Positions 1 through 7,941 of a DNA stretch of 28,639 nt are shown piece after piece. The stretch is from a virus (taxonomy: Duplodnaviria > Caudoviricetes), in the IMG/VR virus record IMGVR_UViG_3300017914_001735, positions 1 to 28,639 of that record; one strand, 5' to 3'. The position numbers and the translations under genes were made by a program. Each line of letters begins with the position of its first letter. Position 1 is the stretch's first letter. Under the pieces are notes generated by a model. It searched no databases. It saw nothing but the letters and a program-made list of their open reading frames with translations, and was not told the origin of the DNA.

Positions 1-401
1 ACTTGGATTATTTCGTTGATGCAATCCTCTATGACAAGGGCGCGAACGCAGACGAGAACAGGAATATTGCGGCGCGCGACATCGTTCTGAAGTGGATTGA
101 GAACTTAGGCGGTACGCAATACGTGGAGATCGCCGATCTGCGCGCGGTGTACAACACCATGGCTGTTCGGTCGATGGATACGCACAAATTCAAAGCAGCG
201 ATTCTGAAACACGGATTTGAAGAAGTCAGAGCGCATTTACCAAACACCACACGTAGACCACGTGCCCTACGCCTTGAGTGGAAGCTAACCGAGCTGATGA
301 AGGAAGACATCATGTCTGAGTTTCAGACGCCAGTGAATCAGTTTCTGAACAAGATGACTGAGAAAAAACAACCATGGAATGGAGCAACTCAAAATGGTTA
401 A
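1..401 (+). CDS. C-terminal part of a phage protein, possibly a primase/helicase (5' truncated)
   Basis: Frame is open from the window edge; no diagnostic motif in the visible part; the primase call is a weak resemblance plus the absence of a primase elsewhere in the window. Confidence 0.35.
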   Translation, partial: LDYFVDAILYDKGANADENRNIAARDIVLKWIENLGGTQYVEIADLRAVYNTMAVRSMDTHKFKAAILKHGFEEVRAHLPNTTRRPRALRLEWKLTELMKEDIMSEFQTPVNQFLNKMTEKKQPWNGATQNG

Positions 402-708
402 GCAATTTGAAAAAGGATCGATTTATGAGCGGTATGACGACGGAGACGGGGTGGTCAGTGATGAAGAACTCTCTCATGCCAAAGATATTATCGAGCTTGA
501 GCTACGTGAAGAGAAAGCTGAAGCGCAAAAGCGCATGGCTTGGGTTGCACTACTGTCAATGGTCAGCTACGCGATACTACCGGTACTGCCGGTGGTGTCT
601 GAAAAACGGCTTGAGACCGTCGCTAGTATTAGTGACTTGTTATTTTTGTCTTGTGCATCCGTTGTCGGAATGTACTTCGGTGCTCAAGCGTACATGTCGA
701 AAAAATAA
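379..708 (+). CDS. Small two-TM membrane protein with an EF-hand-like loop (holin-like candidate)
   Basis: YDDGDGVVSDEEL acidic loop, then two hydrophobic segments (MAWVALLSMVSYAILPVL; LLFLSCASVVGMYFGA) and a basic C-terminus. Confidence 0.6.
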   Translation: MEQLKMVKQFEKGSIYERYDDGDGVVSDEELSHAKDIIELELREEKAEAQKRMAWVALLSMVSYAILPVLPVVSEKRLETVASISDLLFLSCASVVGMYFGAQAYMSKK

Positions 709-757
709 GTAGCTTAAAGGCTACAGATTTTGGAAAGATTTTGCATGTGGGCAGTGT

Positions 758-770
758 TAAGTGACTGATT
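758..770 (-). promoter_or_regulatory. IHF binding site in attP (left arm)
   Basis: Reverse complement AATCAGTCACTTA fits WATCARNNNNTTR. Confidence 0.7.
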
Positions 771-778
771 TAGTTGTG

Positions 779-795
779 TATAAGTGTGGCTTATA
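779..795. promoter_or_regulatory. 17-bp palindromic operator TATAAG-TGTGG-CTTATA inside attP
   Basis: Perfect palindrome; member of the dispersed motif family (see findings). Confidence 0.75.
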
Positions 796-859
796 AAACA
801 CTGCCCCAGTCATGATAATTGTATAAAAAATAATAACTTATATGTGATAAGACGTTAAT

Positions 860-904
860 TTGGTAAGGGAGAGGTCGCGGGTTCAAGTCCCGCCACTTGC
901 ACCA
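860..904 (+). pseudogene. 3' half of tRNA-Thr(GGT), the att core; not a complete tRNA
   Basis: Anticodon loop TTGGTAA (860-866), GGGAG, AGGTC, T-arm GCGGG-TTCAAGT-CCCGC, acceptor strand CACTTGC, A, CCA; no D-arm or 5' strands upstream. Confidence 0.92.
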
Positions 905-907
905 ACA

Positions 908-920
908 AATCAAGGACTTA
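908..920 (+). promoter_or_regulatory. IHF binding site in attP (right arm)
   Basis: AATCAAGGACTTA is an exact match to WATCAANNNNTTR. Confidence 0.8.
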
Positions 921-937
921 GCGCTTTTCTCCTATTC

Positions 938-970
938 TTTGGAAAGATTTTGGAAAGATTTTGGAAAGAT
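938..970 (+). repeat. Three tandem 11-bp repeats TTTGGAAAGAT (integrase arm-type sites); a fourth copy at 729-739
   Basis: Exact copies at 938-948, 949-959, 960-970 and 729-739, in the same orientation on both sides of the core. Confidence 0.85.
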
Positions 971-1003
971 CTCATCTTTACTCAATCCACTTATAAGCCC
1001 AAT

Positions 1004-2131
1004 CTATTCCTCTTTTAAGTCATAAAGTGGGACGTCAATCCCTTCAGCAGCCAAATGTTTGATCCCTTTATGGTCTGCTAAGTAATGCTGTGTCATCTTC
1101 GCGTCCTTGTGCGCCATGAGCCGCTGGATTTGTTCGACCGACTTTCCATGTACCATGTTGAGATGGCCAGCCAGAGCGCGTACCTCGTGTGACGTGGGAG
1201 GCGTTTGGCCATCGGGAACAAGGCCATCAACACCACTGGCCTTAACCACGCGGGCGAATGTTTTAGTGTAGACCTCACCTGGGTTTTTAAACGACTGAGC
1301 GAATATGAAGCCTTTGCCTTTGTACTTTGCAATGACTCCCTTAGCTTCTGTCGGTAGCTTGACCGCGACGTGTGAGTGCGGGTGTTGGCGTGTTTTCTTT
1401 CTTGTGTAATACCAAATGCCATCCTTGATGTGATCCTCATGTAGTGACATCAACGTGCTTCGATCAACAGCCGTATAAAGCTGTACAACCATCGCGTCAG
1501 CAAACCATCCCCATTTAGGAGTTGCTCGAGCGGTGTCATACATCTTCATAAACCAAGACAGAGGCAGGCGTATCCGTTTCTTTCGAGAGTCACCGCCTTT
1601 CTGCGCGTAGGTCATAATGGCATCGGCAGGGTTTGTAGCACACATGCCCATACCAATTGCATACTTGAACATGCGTTGCCAAAACGAACGCAAGCGTCTG
1701 TACTTACTCATCGATTTATTTGTCAGTAAGCTGGTTAGCGCTGATGTGTACACATCGTGTATACATTGATCGCCGATCGCCGCGCGCGTTTCTTCGAAGC
1801 AAGGCATGTCGTGATTTTGTAGAGTGGACTGAGATATCTCACCACGCTCGATGCGAGGCTCCCAATAATTTTCAAACCATACGTCAAGCACATGGTTCAC
1901 GGTAGTTTCAACACGTGTAACGCGTTGGGTTAAGAAATCGATATCAACCGCCTGATTAACGGCGAACTCTGCGTTGAGTTGGTTAGCGGCTAAGATTGCT
2001 TCACGCTCAGAGATTGAGCCTAGACTTACGCGCTTGTTAAGTCGAGGCTGTCTCCATACCCAATACTTTCCATTCTTATATAAATTTGGAACGAGCCTTT
2101 TCGACTGTGCTGTTTTGCGTTTGTCGGCCAC
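1004..2131 (-). CDS. int: Tyrosine recombinase, lambda-type phage integrase with N-terminal arm-binding domain
   Basis: PNLYKNGKYWVWR N-domain; RKKT; PPTSHEVRAL (HxxR); LMAHKDAKMTQHY (H...Y); adjacent to attP. Confidence 0.95.
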   Translation of the reverse strand: MADKRKTAQSKRLVPNLYKNGKYWVWRQPRLNKRVSLGSISEREAILAANQLNAEFAVNQAVDIDFLTQRVTRVETTVNHVLDVWFENYWEPRIERGEISQSTLQNHDMPCFEETRAAIGDQCIHDVYTSALTSLLTNKSMSKYRRLRSFWQRMFKYAIGMGMCATNPADAIMTYAQKGGDSRKKRIRLPLSWFMKMYDTARATPKWGWFADAMVVQLYTAVDRSTLMSLHEDHIKDGIWYYTRKKTRQHPHSHVAVKLPTEAKGVIAKYKGKGFIFAQSFKNPGEVYTKTFARVVKASGVDGLVPDGQTPPTSHEVRALAGHLNMVHGKSVEQIQRLMAHKDAKMTQHYLADHKGIKHLAAEGIDVPLYDLKEE

Positions 2132-2276
2132 CGTCTACCTCAACGTACCACTTGTTGCCCAATTTACGGGCAGGTATCTCGCCGCGCATAATGAGTTTGT
2201 GTAGTGTGTTGATGTGCGGCTTTGAATTGGGGGTAAACATGCTATCAGCCCATTCGGCTAGCGTCATCAATTTCAT
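2076..2276 (-). CDS. xis: Excisionase (winged-helix, Exc-like)
   Basis: MTLAEWA...PHINTLHKLIMRGEIPARKLGNKWYV; overlaps the int start. Confidence 0.85.
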   Translation of the reverse strand: MKLMTLAEWADSMFTPNSKPHINTLHKLIMRGEIPARKLGNKWYVEVDGGRQTQNSTVEKARSKFI

Positions 2277-2496
2277 CTTTAACCATTACCTTACTTGTTG
2301 TTTCGATCCACACCTTGGCACCACACGACAGCGGTTTATCTGGCGAGTAAATAATCTCGCATGGCCCCTCGATGAAAACACGGTTAGCTTTCGTATTGGC
2401 TCGAGAAGTCTTCACCGTAAGCACCGGTTTCTGCTGGTCCGGGTTCTTGGCGTTGTGCCTGATGTGATGCTGATTCACATGGATTCTTTTGATCAT
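2245..2496 (-). CDS. Hypothetical phage protein
   Basis: IHVNQH...YSPDKPLSCGAKVWIET; operon-like spacing. Confidence 0.75.
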   Translation of the reverse strand: MIKRIHVNQHHIRHNAKNPDQQKPVLTVKTSRANTKANRVFIEGPCEIIYSPDKPLSCGAKVWIETTSKVMVKDEIDDASRMG

Positions 2497-2734
2497 GATT
2501 AGTCCTGCTTATATTCTCGAGCCGTTCAATTTCCGCTTGCGCGTAAAACATAATCTTCTTTGCATCACGAAGCATCTCAGAATGGGCGACCTCACCGTAC
2601 CTGTAACAAGCGCGAAAGATCTCCCCAATCTGAGCGTTCATGTTTTTGTGTGAAATAAGGTGCTGTAACTCTGTCGCGTCTTGCGGCAGTTCATAGTATT
2701 CAGCAGTCGATCCGTCAGATTTTATTAAGGTCAT
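2384..2734 (-). CDS. DUF3310/gp1.7-like putative nucleotide kinase
   Basis: YYELP...ELQHLI...GEIFRACYRYG...RDAKKIMFYA resembles the DUF3310 pattern. Confidence 0.6.
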   Translation of the reverse strand: MTLIKSDGSTAEYYELPQDATELQHLISHKNMNAQIGEIFRACYRYGEVAHSEMLRDAKKIMFYAQAEIERLENISRTNHDQKNPCESASHQAQRQEPGPAETGAYGEDFSSQYES

Positions 2735-2767
2735 GCAAACCCTTCTGCGTAGCCATATGGTAATGCT

Positions 2768-3481
2768 TCATCTTGTCATACCTATCACTTTATGGACATA
2801 CGAAATGCGTGGATCATCGATACCTTTTAAAGGAGAACAGCCGATACAGGTTGCTCGTTTAGAGCATATAAACCCTAAACCATCTTCTTTAAGCGTAGTG
2901 ATGCATTTTGATCCCTCTTCCAAAACAACAAGGCACTCCTCGCCGGGTTGAGGGGTTTCCGCGCTAACGATAACTTTTTCACCATGCTTATAGCGGGGCT
3001 CGTAAACATCGCCCTCTACGAGGCAAGCATAAACATCAATATCGTTAGGTAGTGCGGAATAAAAATTAACGGCAGTCTCCATCAATGTTTTTTCCTTCTT
3101 CAGAGCTTGTGCCTTCGTTGCGGCTAGGACCATCCTGATCTTAATCGTTCGAGGGACAAGCATGTGTGAAAAGAACGGTTCAAAGAATTTGATTCCTTTG
3201 ACCATCTCGTTGGGCGATACGTTAAGCTCGCGGCAGAGCGATATGATCTGCGCATTGCTGATTGGCGTAGCGCCGTTTAGAAATTGATTAAGTGCTGGTT
3301 GCGTTACGCCGATTTTGTCAGCGAATTCCGTTTGAGTTATTTTTTCCTCATCTTTGACCTGCAACCAACGTGCTTTAAAGCGAGCAGCTAATTTCTCCAC
3401 ATCCTTTTGTGGGTAGGCTTTGTACTTCCATGGTTTTTCTTTTACTGCGTTCGCTTTAAAAGCATATTTTTTACTGGACAT
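2768..3481 (-). CDS. CI-like repressor (XRE HTH plus degenerate S24 domain)
   Basis: ITQTEFADKIGVTQPALNQFLNG HTH; YACLVEGDVYEPRYKHGEKVIV S24-like segment lacking the catalytic Ser. Confidence 0.85.
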   Translation of the reverse strand: MSSKKYAFKANAVKEKPWKYKAYPQKDVEKLAARFKARWLQVKDEEKITQTEFADKIGVTQPALNQFLNGATPISNAQIISLCRELNVSPNEMVKGIKFFEPFFSHMLVPRTIKIRMVLAATKAQALKKEKTLMETAVNFYSALPNDIDVYACLVEGDVYEPRYKHGEKVIVSAETPQPGEECLVVLEEGSKCITTLKEDGLGFICSKRATCIGCSPLKGIDDPRISYVHKVIGMTR

Positions 3482-3877
3482 TTACGTCACTCCTAAGACG
3501 GAAGCTATCGTTTCCGCTAGCTCTTTTATTGTTGATGGTTGTAGGTCTGCATTGGCGATTCCTTCGGTCCAATGCTTGGGCGTCGAAAATATAGAACAAT
3601 CTGCGCCGTGACCCAAGACTACCAACACATTTTGTTTTCGCTCATGTAAGGACGATAGCCAAATCTGTTGTTGGGCTGACAAGTTCGGCTTAATAATTGT
3701 TGTTGGCCGTACTGGTCTTTTTTGTACGAACTTGTACTCGACAAATAAGGTGGTGCCGTCCTGCCCAAAGTATAGGGCATCAGGTACGCCACCTTGAAAG
3801 GGATCAGCTATCTTCCAGATGAATATTGAATCTGGAAGTAGCCGATGCACTTTCTTTATGAACGAGTGCTCGTTCAC
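3482..3877 (-). CDS. VRR-NUC / PD-(D/E)XK nuclease (resolvase-like)
   Basis: NEHSF...GGVPD...LFVEYK...LSAQQQIWL. Confidence 0.85.
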   Translation of the reverse strand: MNEHSFIKKVHRLLPDSIFIWKIADPFQGGVPDALYFGQDGTTLFVEYKFVQKRPVRPTTIIKPNLSAQQQIWLSSLHERKQNVLVVLGHGADCSIFSTPKHWTEGIANADLQPSTIKELAETIASVLGVT

Positions 3878-3883
3878 GTTTTA

Positions 3884-3922
3884 TAATAGCTAGGCTTATA
3901 AATTACAAGAGCTTTCCGTCAA
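3884..3922 (-). promoter_or_regulatory. Sigma70-like promoter with an operator over the -10
   Basis: TTGACG-N16-TATAAG on the minus strand; TATAAG is the first half of operator TATAAG-CCTAG-CTATTA. Confidence 0.65.
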
Positions 3923-4578
3923 GGAAGAGAAGCATGGATCTTCTTAGCCAGCTCATAGGTGTCCTCATCGCACCAACCGTAGAACTCGAAACTGTAGTTG
4001 TACCACGAGTTACCGTTGTAGGTTTGAACGACTGGCTTGACGTGCCAGATAGAAGAGAACCGATCGCCACCTTGATCGCTGATCAACGTGTTCCACTCCT
4101 TGGATGCCTTCACTTTAGTTTTCATGAAGTCCATGGTCGCAGGCGATGGCTTACCCGTTTCTGGGTCGAGTACCAGTACGCTGTGCATGTGTGAGTCTTT
4201 GATGTCGTAATCTTCTGGATTACGTCCTTCGAAGATCAAAGCATCTTCTGCTGCTTTGATTGACTCGAACAAGCCAGAGTTGTTTGGTGCCTTGAAGGGC
4301 ATGTTGGTCATCTTCTCAAAGGCGACAATGCCAGAGTCGAACTTGATGTTGATCAGGAACATTTCTTCGTACGCTTTGTTTGCGACGGTGTTCAAGATCA
4401 TGCCCGCTTCGGCACCTTTGATGTAACGAGGATCAGACTTCTTAACCTCACCGCTCATATCTTGCAGTAGTTTAAGACGTGGTGTCTGTAGTGAGTCGAA
4501 GCTCACGTTCTCGTTGCCGAGACCTGTTGCATTTTTTACGTGATCAGGTGTTTCTTTGATAATAGCTATTTGATTCAT
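3919..4578 (-). CDS. Putative ssDNA-binding protein
   Basis: GLGNENV...PRLKLLQ...GAEAG; aromatic beta-rich C-half; position in the replication module. Confidence 0.55.
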   Translation of the reverse strand: MNQIAIIKETPDHVKNATGLGNENVSFDSLQTPRLKLLQDMSGEVKKSDPRYIKGAEAGMILNTVANKAYEEMFLINIKFDSGIVAFEKMTNMPFKAPNNSGLFESIKAAEDALIFEGRNPEDYDIKDSHMHSVLVLDPETGKPSPATMDFMKTKVKASKEWNTLISDQGGDRFSSIWHVKPVVQTYNGNSWYNYSFEFYGWCDEDTYELAKKIHASLP

Positions 4579-4592
4579 ACGCTTGTTTACTC

Positions 4593-4970
4593 CTAGTCCT
4601 GCTTTCGGACCTTGCGCATATTAAGTTTTTTCTGCTCGAACGGCTCGACCCCAGGGATCTTATCTTCCGTCTTGCAGAGCTCACGCCACGCGGTCGCGGA
4701 AATACGGCGCTGGAATATGTACCAGTTATCCGTTTCCTTGATCCACGTTAGCAATTTGTCCCAATCCTGTACGGTTGGAACAAATTCTGTTGAGATGAAC
4801 ACATTGGATGTTTCAGTACCGGTTCGCTCGATGCCCTCGCGTTCCATCCTGTTCATTACAGTCCACTGCATGTCATCACGTTTTTCTTTAAGTTTTTTAA
4901 GCTTGGCTTCGATGCTTGTTATTGCACCGCGTATCCTTTCTAACTGATTAATTTGTTCTTTTATCGTCAC
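4593..4970 (-). CDS. Coiled-coil Gam/gp157-like DNA-end or recombination accessory protein
   Basis: N-terminal heptads; VQDWDKLLTWI...QRRIS...IPGVE. Confidence 0.55.
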   Translation of the reverse strand: MTIKEQINQLERIRGAITSIEAKLKKLKEKRDDMQWTVMNRMEREGIERTGTETSNVFISTEFVPTVQDWDKLLTWIKETDNWYIFQRRISATAWRELCKTEDKIPGVEPFEQKKLNMRKVRKQD

Positions 4971-5149
4971 GCCGCTTCCCCTTTGTTGAAGATCACCCCG
5001 TTGGGGTCGATCTGTTGTTTGAAGAATTGTTGAAACGCACTGGTGTACGCGTCGTACATCGCGACCATGAACTCTTGCTGTTGTTCGCCGGGGACGAACA
5101 GCTCTTGAAATTCTTCAGGGGTTAAATCGAATTCGATATGTATCTTCAC
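4967..5149 (-). CDS. Hypothetical protein (DUF6489-like N-terminus)
   Basis: MKIHIEFDLTPEE; 4-nt overlaps with both neighbours. Confidence 0.6.
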   Translation of the reverse strand: MKIHIEFDLTPEEFQELFVPGEQQQEFMVAMYDAYTSAFQQFFKQQIDPNGVIFNKGEAA

Positions 5150-6540
5150 GCCGTTGCCTCCTGTTGCGTGTTATCGGCAAACAGGCTGAGCAGGTCGTCC
5201 ATACGTACTAACTTATTCTGTAGCTTTTCGTAGACCTCGTTCTCAGCGGTATGGTTTGCCGCAATTAAGATCGTTTCAGTTTTTTCAGTTTGTCCAGCAC
5301 GGTGGACGCGTCTGTTGAGCTGTTGAAAATGCTCGGAATTGTAGGTAGGCGAACACCAGATTGTTGTCTTGCCTGCCGTAAGCGTAAGGCCATGACCAGC
5401 CGCTTGGGGGTGGCAGGCGAGCATCTTGATCTTGCCCGCTTGGAATTCGTCAACGATTCGAGTTCGATTTCTTGGATTAACTTCGCCGTCGATGAACGCC
5501 ATCGATATCCCACGCTTGTCGGCAAGTTCTTGTAGCTGTTGTCGTTCGTGCTTCCAGTTATAAGCGACGACGCAAGGGTGGGGCCGCTGTTCAACAAGGT
5601 CTGCAACAAGCTCATACCGAGCCGTGTGGGCCAACTTAGCCTTGCCGTCGTTGTCATACACAGCGCCAGTGCAAAGTTGCAGGAGCTTTTTAATGCGGCT
5701 ACCTGCATGGACCGCGTTGATAACTTTGTCTTGAAGTAAGACCACGGAGTCGATGGCGAGCTGGTCGTACTTGTTTCGTATGGTCCTTGGTAAGTCGATG
5801 TATAACGTCTGTACCCGATTCTCTGGTAGGTCAAGGCAGTCCTCCGCTGCATATCTGATGGAGATATCTCTGATCATGTCCATGACCCAATCCGTTGCAC
5901 CGGGTTTGTCTTCCCACTTGGCAATGTTCGGCATACCAAACACAGGAACTGGATTACACACCTGACTACGGAATCTGTAGAAGGATGTACCGAGTCTCTG
6001 GCCTCCGTCGACGCACATGATCTGATGCCACACGTCACAGACGGTGTTTGGTACGGGAGTGCCTGTCATCAGGATCCGTTTTGCATAAGCCCCGCTTATT
6101 TTTTGCAGTGCTTTTGAACGCTGTGATGTCGCATTTTTAAACGCCGTTGATTCGTCGACCACAAGCCAATCACGTTTCTGCGTTTCTTTGGTGTACTTGC
6201 CGTCTGTTCTGAGCCACTTCACTGCGTCATGGTTTGTGATGTAGATATCAACATCTTCGTTGAACGCGGCTTCACGGTTCTTGGCGTAGGCCACTACGTA
6301 CTTGAGGTGGGGCGTGAACTTTTTAATGTCCGCACCCCACGCTGGCTCAAGAATACTGAGCGGCGCGACAACAATGAGCTTTGCCTTGGGTTCTGACTTC
6401 TTATGACGATCGAATGCTTCGAGCACCGAGCGCGTCTTGCCGGTGCCTGGGTCGTTCATAATGAAGCAACCTGGATCGGAGTCCAGAATGAATTGAGCGG
6501 TGTGCTCTTGATGCTCGAATAAAGGCCATTTCTTAATCAT
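5146..6540 (-). CDS. SNF2-family SF2 helicase
   Basis: DPGTGKT, VVAPLS, VVDES, MTGTP, AAGHGLTL, RRVHRAGQ. Confidence 0.95.
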   Translation of the reverse strand: MIKKWPLFEHQEHTAQFILDSDPGCFIMNDPGTGKTRSVLEAFDRHKKSEPKAKLIVVAPLSILEPAWGADIKKFTPHLKYVVAYAKNREAAFNEDVDIYITNHDAVKWLRTDGKYTKETQKRDWLVVDESTAFKNATSQRSKALQKISGAYAKRILMTGTPVPNTVCDVWHQIMCVDGGQRLGTSFYRFRSQVCNPVPVFGMPNIAKWEDKPGATDWVMDMIRDISIRYAAEDCLDLPENRVQTLYIDLPRTIRNKYDQLAIDSVVLLQDKVINAVHAGSRIKKLLQLCTGAVYDNDGKAKLAHTARYELVADLVEQRPHPCVVAYNWKHERQQLQELADKRGISMAFIDGEVNPRNRTRIVDEFQAGKIKMLACHPQAAGHGLTLTAGKTTIWCSPTYNSEHFQQLNRRVHRAGQTEKTETILIAANHTAENEVYEKLQNKLVRMDDLLSLFADNTQQEATA

Positions 6541-6549
6541 TGATCCTCC

Positions 6550-6825
6550 TTACGCTGGCTCGTACTCCACCCATCGGAGTCGGCGGTCTACAAGTTGGAG
6601 CTTCTTGTAGCCAATGCGTCGTTTCAAGTAGGTTAGTATAAGCGATACTAATAAACCTGCAACCATTGCGACGACCATACCTGAGTATGTGCCCTGAAAG
6701 AGCAGGGCGAGACCAGCCGTTGCTGTGATGTCGAACAGCGCGTCGTAGCCCAATACTTTCTTGATGTCGAGTTTGTATGCGACAGCAGTGATACCGGCTG
6801 CTGAGCCCGCTGCTTCGAGTAACAT
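6550..6825 (-). CDS. Small membrane protein
   Basis: Two to three hydrophobic segments and a basic tail. Confidence 0.75.
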   Translation of the reverse strand: MLLEAAGSAAGITAVAYKLDIKKVLGYDALFDITATAGLALLFQGTYSGMVVAMVAGLLVSLILTYLKRRIGYKKLQLVDRRLRWVEYEPA

Positions 6826-7169
6826 TAGTAAGGTACTCCCTGATTGTCATAACGGATTTCATGCGCGGCATCGAACGTCGGGTCTGGTTCGACCTCGGTG
6901 TCCATGTTGCTTGGCGCAACGGTATTTGTAATGCGTTCGGCGGCCGCCGCGATGTGATTCGAGAACGCAGTCGAGAATGCTTCATCGATCTGAGCATGTG
7001 GGTACACACGCTTGGCATGATGGACCGTTGCAAACGAACCGATGATTCGACTGTACGGCATGCCGGGACGATCTGTGCCCTCACCGTACTCACCGTCCTC
7101 GATCACCTCGACGACGCACTGTGGGTTCTCACGAATGGTGAGATTATGCGGTACGTATAACTGCTTCAT
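6825..7169 (-). CDS. Hypothetical protein
   Basis: AAGGAG RBS before the ATG at 7169. Confidence 0.7.
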   Translation of the reverse strand: MKQLYVPHNLTIRENPQCVVEVIEDGEYGEGTDRPGMPYSRIIGSFATVHHAKRVYPHAQIDEAFSTAFSNHIAAAAERITNTVAPSNMDTEVEPDPTFDAAHEIRYDNQGVPY

Positions 7170-7184
7170 AAGCACTCCTTATAG

Positions 7185-7916
7185 TTAGTGACGTAAAAAT
7201 ACGATTCGCTTGTCGCGTTGCTCCCAGCACAAACTGCAGTTTGCACAGCTACTTGTTTGTCCGAGTTGTTCAGGGCACACGATCTCGTCGTCTGCTGGCT
7301 GATACTCCCAATCATCTTCGACTCGTGTTGAGTTGATTAGCGTTGGGTCATCCGAGAAGCGGATGTTGAATCGATCGCAGTTGATGTGTTCTTGTATGTA
7401 ACGACCAATCCCGCTATCACTGCGGTGGTGAGTAAAGCCCCAGCCATGAAGGGCAGGGCGACGGAGCACCTGCATGCCCCACCAGCGGACATACTCTTCA
7501 TCAAAAAAGTCACCGAGAATGTGCGGCCGAACGACATAACCGTACGTATACAAGTAGTCGAACGTGTCGAGTTCATTAGTTAGGGCCTCGTAAAAAAGTG
7601 GTGATCGGTGATCGATGCGCTTGGCGAAAGGCATGTTGTTGCCGTAGCAATCGTTCCATTGTTCGCAGTGAGGAGGGCAGGTTGAACGTTCCTCTAAGGT
7701 CAAGGTGAAGATAGGAAGTCCTCGCCATTTTCCTTTAGTGACCACTGGCCCCCCGATCTTTTTATTATTTGTACCGGCTTTGAAACATCGCGTTGCATAA
7801 GGTGCCGTAATACTTTTAATGTATCGAGAATGTGACGAATGTCTTTGATCAGATACCTCTGTTGCCTCGCTGAGTGAAGCTGTGTGCCCGGTTCCATGCT
7901 CTGAATTTGGTCCCAT
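7185..7916 (-). CDS. GP88-like Fe-S / radical-SAM-like protein
   Basis: TCPPHCEQWNDCY, RPHILGDF, CPEQ...CANCSLCW; start uncertain (ATG 7916 has GGAG upstream). Confidence 0.7.
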   Translation of the reverse strand: MGPNSEHGTGHTASLSEATEVSDQRHSSHSRYIKSITAPYATRCFKAGTNNKKIGGPVVTKGKWRGLPIFTLTLEERSTCPPHCEQWNDCYGNNMPFAKRIDHRSPLFYEALTNELDTFDYLYTYGYVVRPHILGDFFDEEYVRWWGMQVLRRPALHGWGFTHHRSDSGIGRYIQEHINCDRFNIRFSDDPTLINSTRVEDDWEYQPADDEIVCPEQLGQTSSCANCSLCWEQRDKRIVFLRH

Positions 7917-7941
7917 AGCTGTGCGTCTCCGTTTGCTAGTC

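Larger units (their letters stand above)
729..970. other. attP site
   Basis: tRNA 3' fragment core flanked by arm-type TTTGGAAAGAT repeats and IHF consensus sites, directly downstream of int. Confidence 0.9.

Noticed and set aside
830-904. Complete phage tRNA-Thr gene
   Set aside because: The upstream sequence cannot form a D-arm or pair with the anticodon and acceptor 3' strands; only the 3' half is present
938-970. CRISPR or mini-array
   Set aside because: The 11-bp repeats have no spacers and are explained as integrase arm sites
992-1008. Extra operator TATAAG-CCCAA-TCTATT
   Set aside because: The second half-site is out of register; not counted
1768-1790. GATCGCCGATCGCCGCGCG resembling the left half of the hairpin repeat
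   Set aside because: No GNA loop or right arm; lies within int coding sequence
5265-5965. Alternative-frame and antisense ORFs over the helicase (and similar ones over the AAA, terL, portal and scaffold genes)
   Set aside because: Shadow ORFs without RBS or motifs, overlapping well-supported genes
7167-7183. Reading the 17-bp motif as just stop+RBS+start or as an RNA hairpin (also 14764 and 27038)
   Set aside because: This could explain those copies but not the attP, promoter or intragenic copies; CTAAT variants break RNA pairing while keeping the 5-bp spacer
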